Below, piece after piece: positions 52,947 to 62,700 of a stretch of 64,000 nt of DNA. The stretch lies in assembly GCA_009103225.1 (NCBI GenBank), contig RHPI01000260.1, positions 692,203 through 756,202 on the forward strand, written 5' to 3'. Below the pieces are notes generated by a model. That model was not told where the DNA came from. It did no database searches and saw nothing but the letters and a program-made list of their open reading frames with translations. Made by a program: the position numbers and the translations under genes. Numbering within the stretch: position 1 is the first letter of the stretch; each line of letters opens with the position of its first letter. The DNA comes from Chlorokybus atmophyticus (Eukaryota > Plantae > Mesostigma and Chlorokybus algae).

Positions 52947-55900
52947 TTACAACACCTCAAGGATGGCCTCATGCAGCTCCCGTATGCGAAACAACGACTC
53001 CCTTATACCTTTCCATGTCTTCAGCCTGGACTTACTGCGGGTAAGTCGTTCACTCTTGGACTCCCGCTCCAATGTGACCTTGGGTGCGCACCGTAGTAAG
53101 TAAGCTGGTACTCTTGCCTTTTTGTGGGGTTGAGGCGGTAGGAATTACAAAGACCGTTTTGGCAACTCTTAAACCGGGACATGTTGTTGTGTGAGTCGCC
53201 GAAAATATACTCCTGTAATGTAGAGGGTGTTCGGCAGCACCCTGTTGCCGTAGCTGTCCGCACGGGTTGTGGATTGACGATTTCTTTCTGCCTCCTTCAC
53301 ACTTTGAAGGATCCAATAAGGTGCATCTTTGTCGTGATCTTCAGCGCTCCTGTAAAAAGATACAACGAAGAGATCCCTCTTCTTCAAGGTTAATGCCAGC
53401 GTCTCTTAGTTTAGCATTAGCATCTAAAAGATAGCAAGCACTCAGATTACGAAAACTGCAGTACCCTGCTTGCATCGGCACACATTGCAAGATGCTGGAC
53501 GTCCATTAACTTGCAACAAGCAAAGCAGGATCCTGAACCTTCATTAACTTGCATGTTCAGCACTGGCTCACAAGACATTCAGCTGCATGTGCCAAATGTT
53601 CAGTTACTGCACTTTTAAATTTGAGAAATGCTTACCTCTTGCTCAGCCTCTTCCTCTTCATCTCCAGCCACGAGCACCTGCTGCTTCCACTTGCCCGCAT
53701 TCTCCTTGTTGACGCAGCTAGAATGCAGCTCCTCGACACATGGTGCACAGAAGCAAGAAAGCGCACGGGACATGAAGCGGTCCGCTTCACCCGTCGCTCG
53801 CACGGCCTGGAACTTCATAGTGCCTGGCACTGTCCCGTAATTGCTTCGTTCCGGTTTATGCACAACCTCGTCAATGTCCGAAAGGTGAAACAAGTGCTTC
53901 TGCACACACGCCTCGCCTTTTCGAGATTCATACGTGGATAAAGCTCCTCGGCCCAGGTGCTCATTGGCGTAACGTGCTGCGGACTCAACATTTACTATCT
54001 GTTCTCCCTGCAGCACTGCCCTGTCGAGAAGGTGCTTTGATGTTCCTCCCTAGCCGTCGTGTTCTCCTTTACCATGCTGAGGGCAAGGATAATGCCACTC
54101 TAGCTTTATATGACAATAAGTCGCAGGGTCGTCCTCGCATTCAACAGCCGATGCAGAGGTCGCAAGAACAGGCACTCCAAACTTTGCTATCTGTCCAAAT
54201 TGTTTGCGCACTTAAATTGTACGCTGCAGTTATCACTCCAACTGACGATTTTGTGTACAGCAATGTCCCTGCGCAGATACCCCCCCAGGAGTCCTCTGAT
54301 GTAATGATGCACCACTTAGCTGTCTTTGATGGTGTCATGCGTTATGAAGAAGTGCACCTGCGTAAAACACGGCTGAGTTAAACCTGGTCAGCAGGCAAGT
54401 CAGCTATGATAGGTGTATTAATGTAACACATGCTGCTTTACCTCTTTCATGCGCACAGGCTCCTCGTCTGTAGACTCGATGCCATCGACCTCAATTTGCG
54501 CATGACAATGCACTATCATGACATAGATCACTACAGGTGCAGATTGAAAGTGCTGCTGCATCAGCTCGTTCTTCGGTCGAATGGTATAGTTCTCCGCAAA
54601 ATCACTGATCATGACAATGGTGCCGCGATTGAACGTCTGTAAGCACTGTCGTTGCTGTAAAGCTTGCCACGAACCCAGAAACGCGTGCCAGCGAAAGTCC
54701 TCCAGCATAGGTCGGTATCGCACGCGGAATACCGAGTAAGTAAGCGTCTGCTTGGCAAAGTCCACGCGTTCGTACTCTGTGACGGAACCATTGCAGCGCG
54801 CCTTGTCTGCTTTTGCTTTTCATAAAGGGACGGACATAGCCGCGTAGTGACGTCTTGCATAATCTGTATGACAGTTTGAAAAGAGCTTGTCCCAACCACA
54901 ACGACTGCATTCTCCTTTCACACAGCGCTTTTTATGGTAACCTTCACCGGGTTCCTTTGGGCACATGATAGAGTTGACAGCGTCTGTTAAATGGCTAAAA
55001 AAACCTTTGCAAGCTAATTGTAACGGGAAGGTACATCAGATCACCACAAATCGACCGTAAAAGTATCAAGTCTTTTGTGGTCGAGTGGGCTCTGACATTG
55101 GTCATCGGAGCTTGAGACCCGAGTTCGATTCCTGCCTTGCACACGAATTGCGTGGTCGTTGTTTCTTGATCCAATAACATCATAAATGGTCAGTTTATAA
55201 TCATCGATGGGTCATCGATAGGTCGCGACTTGCCTAATGGCAATCGCGCCGAACTGACCAGTTCAATCGGCGCGGCAGGGCGCGACCATCCTATCGCGGC
55301 GACGCGACCTGTGGGGCCGGCAGCGGCTCGCTATGCGCGCGTTGACCGGTATGGCCTAAACTGGCCGGTCCTTGGGTGGTGGGGCCGGTGACGGACCCTA
55401 AGATGATTCCCCTGGGATGATTCCCCAGCTGATGCGAGCCAGCTGCCGGGGACGTCAGCGTTCTTAAGTGGGGGGGAATGTAACGGGAAGGTACATTAAA
55501 TCACCACAAATCGACCATAAAAGCACCAAGTCTTTTGTGGTCGAGTGGGTTGTGACACCAATAGACACCTGCTGTACATTGAATGATCACAAGGACTGCT
55601 GCAGGCGCAAGTCTTCTGAACCTGTTAAACAATATGTCAGCAGGCAACCGGCTTGTAAGATCTTGGAGGTCGAGTAACTGCTAGCTTGCTTACCTCACAG
55701 TAATTACAAGCACAATGACAACTATCAATATGCCGCAGGCGCAGAAAATTGGTAAGGGCGTCCCACATTTCCTTGTTTTCTGTGTGTGCTGAACAAACGC
55801 ATACATGCCGAACGTCTCGTGCTCCAATATAGTGGGGTTTCAGCTTTTTAATGACCGCTGCTGTACTTGAACTTCCGGGTGCTGCTCTTTGAACATCAAA

Positions 55901-56485
55901 AACAGCTCTGTGCGCGTGGTGCCTTCCGGATATTTTTTGGAGATTTTGATATTGCGCAGCCTCTTGTTAGTGACTTCATCTCGAGCGTGAACTTGATCGC
56001 GTTTGGATGCAGACTCTCTTGTGTTCTTATGCCAAAATTGTTGAATCAAATCGGCCACACGCAAGCTGTCTTTGCATTTGCCACGCTGCTTCAGGCTCCA
56101 GTCATTCCGAATGGATGTCAACTGTTAGGACCAGTGACGTTTGATTTTGAGAAGTGCAGCAACGTTCTGCGTGACACGTGCATCGTTCAAGACTTTCAGC
56201 AACACACTGCTACCGGTTTTAACGAGCACGGCTCGTGCATAACGATGAGCTTCTATTCTTGCTGGCTTGACTTCTTGATAAGCTTTGCTATTCATTTTTG
56301 CAACGGTGCGAAGGGCTGGGGCATCGGCAACAGCCTAAAGGTCTTCATCGTGTTGGATGGCAGCTTGCAGAAACGGTTGCTTAGTTAAAAGATCTTTAAA
56401 TACCAATGATAATGTCGCGGTTGAATTGCCACAGATTCTAACAATGTTCTGGGCTAAGCCGCTTGATATACGACCAACAGTCCAC
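52947..56485 (-). pseudogene. Intron-containing DDD-type DNA transposase pseudogene, tentatively Sola superfamily; 5' end unresolved
   Basis: ELFLMFKEQHPE..KLKP, Cys-rich CVCSAH and MCPK...HKKRCVKGECSRCG, FRWHAFLGSWQ, catalytic-like SDFAENY (54586-54603), WSDNCSVQFK (54208-54240), HGKGEHDG (54054-54076), then TVPGTMKF...LSCFCAPC...C and PYWILQ...DSYGN...YITGVYF. Several in-frame stops and frameshifts; GT-AG introns. Superfamily assignment is from motif memory only. Confidence 0.75.
55019..55557 (+). mobile_element. TRIM (miniature non-autonomous LTR retrotransposon), 539 bp, 79-bp LTRs
   Basis: TG...CA LTRs at 55019-55097 and 55479-55557, PBS-like TTGGTCATCGGAGCT, PPT TAAGTGGGGGGGAA, TSD CTAAT/CCAAT (one transition). 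Removing it plus one TSD restores the transposase frame (YSRCLL|ACKGFFSHLTDAVNSIMCPK). Confidence 0.9.
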
Positions 56486-56530
56486 CTGAAGGCAAGAGAC
56501 TGAAGTGAGTTCTCTTAGGGCTTACGATGG

Positions 56531-56922
56531 TGAGATTGTAGAGGTCTATTATAACACAACGATAAAGTTAGTAGACCTCTAAGGTCTCAGGCACCGAGGA
56601 ATGAGCGAAGTTGTCAACCTGAGATCTTGGAGGTCTAGTAACACACAACGAGTGAGGTGAATGGACCTCCAAGATCTCAGGCATCGAGGGATTGACGACC
56701 TGAGATCTTGAAGGTCTAGTAACACACAACGAGTGAGGTGAATGGACCTCCAAAATTTCAGGCATCAAGGGATTTACGACCTAAGATTTTGAAGGTCCAG
56801 TAACACACAACGAGTAAAGCTAATAGACCTTCAAGATTTTGGGCATCGAGGGATAGACGATCTGAAATCTTGAAGGTTCCGAAACGCACAACGACTGAAG
56901 TTAATAGACCTCCAAGATCTCA
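56531..56922. repeat. Array 1: five ~81-bp units, each containing an inverted pair of CCTGAGATCTTGGAGGTC / GACCTCCAAGATCTCAGG
   Basis: Unit starts at 56531, 56620, 56701, 56782, 56863; the spacers are themselves repeated. Confidence 0.9.
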
Positions 56923-57873
56923 TGTATGCTGCCTGACAAGCAATGGACCAAGAATGCTAGTAACACAGTCTTGCAGATTGGGAACTTTAACACCTCAGGC
57001 TGAAGGGCTTTGGGTGCGGTCGTGACAATACTATTTGAGTACAAAAGCAATTGCAAGAACTACACAGCAATGAGGTTGCAACATCTGTGTATATGTGTAC
57101 GTGTGTGCTCTTATATGCGGATGTTGCATGACTAATGATGGGTGTGTGCCAGTACATGCCAACTGCGTATTTACCAAGAGGCAGCTCCCCTGCTGCAGTA
57201 CTTCGTGCTTACCATGCAGGGAACAATCACATAAGCAACATGGGTGTGTGTGCAAATGTCTCTGCTTGCTGCAACTTGCTGTGTGCATGCAGCTCTATAT
57301 GTTGCGCTTTTTGGTTTTGCTGATTACCAGCACAGGATTTACTGCAGCAACTAGCATATGGTGTGCATTATAGTAATAGCAATCTTTAACTGTCAAACAG
57401 TGCATACAAGACTATAACGCACGAATATTGTACTTGCTAGGTGGCGCCATGTATGCTGCCGCTGATCAAACCCTCCTGCATGAGCGCTGGGACAGCGCAA
57501 CCCTTGTCGCAAATTTTCATATCCTCAGCGTTTTGCGCTAAAACTAGCTTACAGACGTCCTAACGGTCAAGTAGAGCAGCAAGCTTCAACTCACCTGGCT
57601 CGCGCTCGCCACCCCATATGGCCCCCACATCGCCTCCCATACCACCGCCCAAAGCCAGCACTCACTTACCAGCTACCGCACCAGGTCTTTCAACTTGCAA
57701 GTTACAACTTGCAAGCATTAGCTACACTCTACACAGTGGGATCTATTGAAACACACTAGCGCCCAGCTGAAAACAACACCGCCGCCGCCGCCAACAACTA
57801 CACGACCGCCGCCGACGACCAGCTGCACTGCGGCACTAGAGTGGAGCTCACCGAATTGGGGGGGGGGGGGGGG

Positions 57874-57921
57874 NNNNNNNNNNNNNNNNNNNNNNNNNNN
57901 NNNNNNNNNNNNNNNNNNNNN
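57874..57921. other. Assembly gap inside a poly-G tract
   Basis: N run flanked by G homopolymers on both sides. Confidence 0.99.
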
Positions 57922-58840
57922 GGGGGGGGGGGGGGGGGGGGGGGGGTAGGGTTCGACGCGCGATTAATGTCGCAACTAGGAAGCATAGTTTTCCATTGAT
58001 CTAAATTGTTATATCTATACGCGATCGTCGATATATCCAACGGACGACGACGTTTGTTTTTTGGATTGCTCGCTCTCGCCCCAGTGCTTGCGCTGCATAA
58101 GAGTATAACCGGTACAGATACTTATATGTGCGCTATTTAGAGTAGCATGTTGCGTGTTTTGGTTTTATAAAATCTACATTGATGGTAGGACGGTAATTAC
58201 ACCGCTCTTAGCGAAGTGGCTTCAATGAAGCCCAGCACACGCACCATGCTAGTTTTTTTTTTCACAAATAAGGAAGTGTTAATTTTCAATCCATGATTGT
58301 TGCGTGTGATTACTGCGTAGATGATGTTATAAGTCTGTCGTGTTATATCAAAATTGGATGAAGTGCATGCTGGTTGCAATGCGTAAGGTGTTACGTAATG
58401 CTTGGCATGTGTACTTGTAACATGCCGTGAGTGATGATCGATGCGTACAATTGATGATACGCGTGTTACGTAATGCTTCTATTGCAATACATAACAAGTT
58501 TTAATAATTACACATATCTACTGTAGAGTTTTATTAAGCAATAGTCTATAGCAGTCTATATTTCAGTGGAATTATATGGAGATAATAGTTGGTTGTAGTT
58601 AATTACAAATAACAATTCAACACCAAGAGTATGACAACAATTATTGTGGCATTAAATGAAGACATCGTTACCTTCAACATTATGATATGACCTTGCATAC
58701 TGTCTTCCGCAAAGGCTGGGTAAAGCGGAGGTTATCGCACCATCAGATAAGACCGAAAACCGACGGTTACCAACGCATCGGCAATCATGTATATAATAAT
58801 CAATTGACATTAGGTAATTCGTGTTTTTCAAGATATGATT

Positions 58841-58927
58841 CCTCTCATACCGCGAGAGCAACTCTGTCGCAGTAGCTCTCACGGTATGAGAGCTACTGCG
58901 ACAGAGTTGCTCTCGCGGTATGAGAGG
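58841..58927. repeat. Perfect 41-bp inverted repeat with a 5-nt loop
   Basis: CCTCTCATACCGCGAGAGCAACTCTGTCGCAGTAGCTCTCA-CGGTA-TGAGAGCTACTGCGACAGAGTTGCTCTCGCGGTATGAGAGG; arms checked base by base. Confidence 0.95.
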
Positions 58928-59357
58928 TGGCGCCCAGCCACTTAGGGTTTCTGGCCTCGGCAGGCATAGCCTCGGCAACCATAGCCAAAAATCCTAATGT
59001 TCAGGGGCGCTTTGGCGGGGGCGGCAGTGGCGTTGGTGGGGGTGTTGGCGGCGGTGGCAGGGGTGGAGGCGGTGTTGAGGCTTCGAGGGGTGTAGGAGTT
59101 TGAGAAGCGGCGCCTCCGTGTGTGAGGACAGGGTTGATTAGGGCGGCGTGGGCGTGGGCGGTAGGGGCCGGTGTAGGGCGTGGGCGTGCGTGCAGCAGCA
59201 TGGAGGGGTCAAAGCGCAAGTCGACCAGGTTTGTGTTGTGTTTTTTAGTAGTGTTTTTGATTGCAATGCTTGCTTGTGACTGCTGCTGCTGTCGCTGCTG
59301 CTGAATATTAATGCTATAGCACCAGCAGCAGCACCAGCAGCACTGTATTCCTTTGTG

Positions 59358-59640
59358 GTTGATTGCTGCGCACATCAACTTGTGTGTGCAGCAATCAACT
59401 GGTTGCTGAATTGTGTGTTGTGTCGCAGTCGCTGTTGTTACTAATTGTAATTGATTACTGCGCACAGCAACTTGTGTGCGCAGCAATCAATTGGTTGCTG
59501 AATTGCTGTGTGTTGTGTCCCAGTTGATATTGTTCGCAACTTAAGCAACTTAACACAGCAATCTAGTAACAGCGCAGCAACTTCAATTCAGCAACCAGTC
59601 GATTGCTGTGCACACAAGTTGCTGTTGTAGTTGATTGCTG
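59358..59640. repeat. Cluster of ~42-bp imperfect hairpin repeats (GTTGATTGCTGCGCACA..TGTGTGCAGCAATCAAC)
   Basis: Two direct copies (59358-59399, 59449-59492) and a partial inverted copy (~59585-59625). Confidence 0.8.
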
Positions 59641-59763
59641 GTACACTGGTACATTGCTAGTAGCTGTACCTTGCTGTTGGCACAGCTACCAGCAACACCT
59701 TGTCGTTAACTGCTATTGCCATTTTAGACAATGGAAAATCTAATTGTGTAAACTGCTATGCAG

Positions 59764-62700
59764 TGCAAATAAGGACACTCTAGAGGGGGAGAAAGCATAG
59801 GAGGACACTACTTCGCTCAGATCGAAGCGTTCACGTCTGCCCCCATCATTCCAGTACGCCTTCTGCTGCTCTTTGTCCTGCTGCTGAGATCTTGGAGTTT
59901 CAAGATCTTGTGGAACAACTGCCTAATCTTGGAGGTCCAAGATTTTGGACCTCTCTTAGCTGCGTGTTCTTAGAGATTAGAGATCTTGAACCCTTCCTTG
60001 ACTTACAGTTAGAGGAGGTTCAAAATCTTGGACCCCCCTTAGCTGCCGGCTCATGGAGGTTCAAGATCGTAAACCTCCCCTAGCTGCCTGTTCTTGGAGG
60101 TTTAAGATCTGAACCTCCCTTTACTCCAAGTTAAGAAAGGTTCAAGATCTTAGACCTTCTTTAGCTGCCTCGAGCTCTTGGAGGTTTACAATTTTAAACC
60201 TCCCTTAGCTTCCTGCTCTTAGAGTTCTTAAATAAAGTACAATTGCTTCGCACGTATGAACTTACTACATTGTGAACTGCAGACAACCCCTGGCAATTGT
60301 TAGCCCTGGTCGGGGACCGCAACAAAAGCTTGCAGGCACGCAACGGAAAAAAAGTGCCACAAAGAAGAAGCAAGACAAGACTCCTCCACAGAAGACACCT
60401 AAAAGTTCAAAAAAAGCTGAACAAGCCGGTTGAGATTTCTTCCAATAATGACAAGCAGGACAGGAAGCAAGTAGACACCAATGACGATCAGCCCAGGGAC
60501 AACAAAGCAAGACCAAGAAGATTCCAGCGTAGCAGTGATGCAGATGAACCCGTCATCTACTCATGTGAGTAACCAAGGGTGTGCAGCAGATGTCTCTTAT
60601 CTGCATTGTATGTGACGTTTACAAGTACGTGACAAGATTGTGTTGACAGATAGCGATTTGCAGTTGCTATGGGCTAAAAAGCAAAATTCAATTAAAGTCA
60701 TCCTCGTACCAAACGTTGCAGTTTTGAAATCAATAGGTGAAGCCGAGCGCCAACATGTTTGAAAGTTGCGGTACATGGGTCAGGGAAATTACCGTCTTAA
60801 TGTTAAACGTAACGTGAGTGTTTAAAAGCGTGGGTTACATGAGTTTCAAGATCCGGCTTAGCTTACCGTGCACAGGGCAACACATCTACATACGCCCTTC
60901 TTAGAGCGTGATGCTCAGATGGAAAGTCCATCTACTGTCTCGGGTTGCCCTACAGCAATATCAACGACGACAATGACGTCATTGTGCGAAAAGCCGAACT
61001 TCTAATCTTGTCCAAAGCAAAGGGTTTATTTCAAGTTAGAAGAAGCTGAGGCAGAGAACGAGCTTGATCTAATGGATCTTGCAGCAAGTGTCCACCGAAG
61101 GGTGCTGAAGCATCTTGTGGATTCAACAGACGACTTGAACGAAAAGTTCTTCGAATGGCTGCGAGGTAGCTTATGGCATACCACATCACTGCCAAGGGCT
61201 TGACAAATTCAATACTCTTGTTATGCTTTGCAGACCTGCCCGATAACAGCGTGTCACCCAGCAAGGGCAAGGCAACCAAGCCTTCCACGTCCACATCAGA
61301 AGATTCAGATAACTCTGATAGTGACAAACCTGCAGGCTACTCACCTGTCATTCAGACCAGTAACAAAAGTGAGCTATTGTATTCGGCTTTAGCCTGCTTG
61401 TTATTACTCTGTGTGCATATCTCAAGGCATTATCACTAAGTGCGTTGCCATAGGATATTCGATAGTCGCTTGCTTGTCTTATGTTTCAGGCCTGCTGGGT
61501 CGGTTGAAGCTGCCCCCTTTGGTTCAAACCTCTGGAGGAAACACCTTGTTCAATGTTCCCGTTGATCGGATGATGCTTGCTCGCCCGGGCCATTCCGTGA
61601 GAACGGTCACCGAGGCTAGGCTGAAGATTGTGGAGGGCGAGATCGACGCTGGCCTGCTTATTTACAATCGGTGGATTGGATTGGTGCTCGAAAAGACTGG
61701 ACCCACAGAATGGCGTCAAGTGCTAGCAGACGAGTTTCTGCATGATCCATCGAGCGCAAGATGGCAGTTCGAGATTTTGTGCGAGAATAACTTGCTTACA
61801 ATATATCAGCGCAAGCATCACAACCATCCAGATGATCCAAAATGGGCGTCTCAAAGGATCGAGGTAGGCTGCTTTATTGTTGTTAAGTTATGGTACCTTC
61901 AGTAACTGACCAACAACTTTATATGTGACAGGTCGTGACCAACATCGATAGACTTCAAATCCTCAACCTGAGTTGTCACTGTCTGCGACGACATGCGAAA
62001 AAGAGGCAGATTTTATGGGTTTATCGCTGCTAAGGCTTTGAATGAAGACTTTGGCAAGCCTGGGTACATCCAACCTAGCCTGCTTACAAAGTTCCAAGTT
62101 CTTAAACCTTTCTTAACACCCAGCTCTTGTAGGGTCAAGATCTTGAACCTCTCTTAGCTGCATGCCATTTGTCTGAACGCAATTGTTATGCTTGCAGCAA
62201 TCAGGATCGTCTTTGCTCAAAGTACCCTGAGCTTTTTGAAAAGCTCGATTTGCTCTTCTCCAGAGCTTAGACGCATGACATGTTCATGAGAGAGCTGATA
62301 GCAGCGAGACCCAAGGTACAGACGAAAGAGTCAGAAAAAGACGTTGAGAAAAAGCCAATAAAGGCGGGCAAGGTGAAAGGGAAAGGCCAGCCCACATATG
62401 TCAAACAACTTGAAGATTTGGAACTTCCCGTTGCCATCCGGAAGGATTTTCAAGAACTCACGGACTCCAAGCTGGTCTACAGCCGCCGAAATTAAAGGCG
62501 CTGTGGAATTTACGCAGCAAGCAATGTCAAAATTATTGTGGCTGGTCTATTGGCGGTGCATTTATGCCACTGTGCTGTGTTGCATGTAGACGCAAGATGT
62601 GGCATTGGAAGAGAAAGCGCCTGCCAGTGATCAGGCAACGTGTCATCCTTCGAATGGACACTGCTCAGCAGTTCCTGGAAGGTCGTTGTCCAAGTCGGAG

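Noticed and set aside
55071-55143. Functional tRNA gene inside the TRIM
   Set aside because: A and B boxes are present, but the acceptor and anticodon stems do not pair and there is no canonical U33 anticodon loop; treated as a Pol III promoter mimic only.
55867-56388. 173-aa plus-strand ORF
   Set aside because: It is antisense to the transposase N-terminal exon, whose minus-strand frame carries the recognisable motifs.
59001-59486. 161-aa minus-strand Pro/Gln-rich ORF
   Set aside because: It is built from low-complexity and hairpin repeats with no recognisable domain; it cannot be supported as a gene, though a distant 5' exon of the transposase gene is not excluded.
56531-60225. CRISPR-like interpretation of the palindromic repeat arrays
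   Set aside because: The spacers are themselves near-identical repeats rather than unique sequences, no cas-like ORF is present, and the context is eukaryotic introns.
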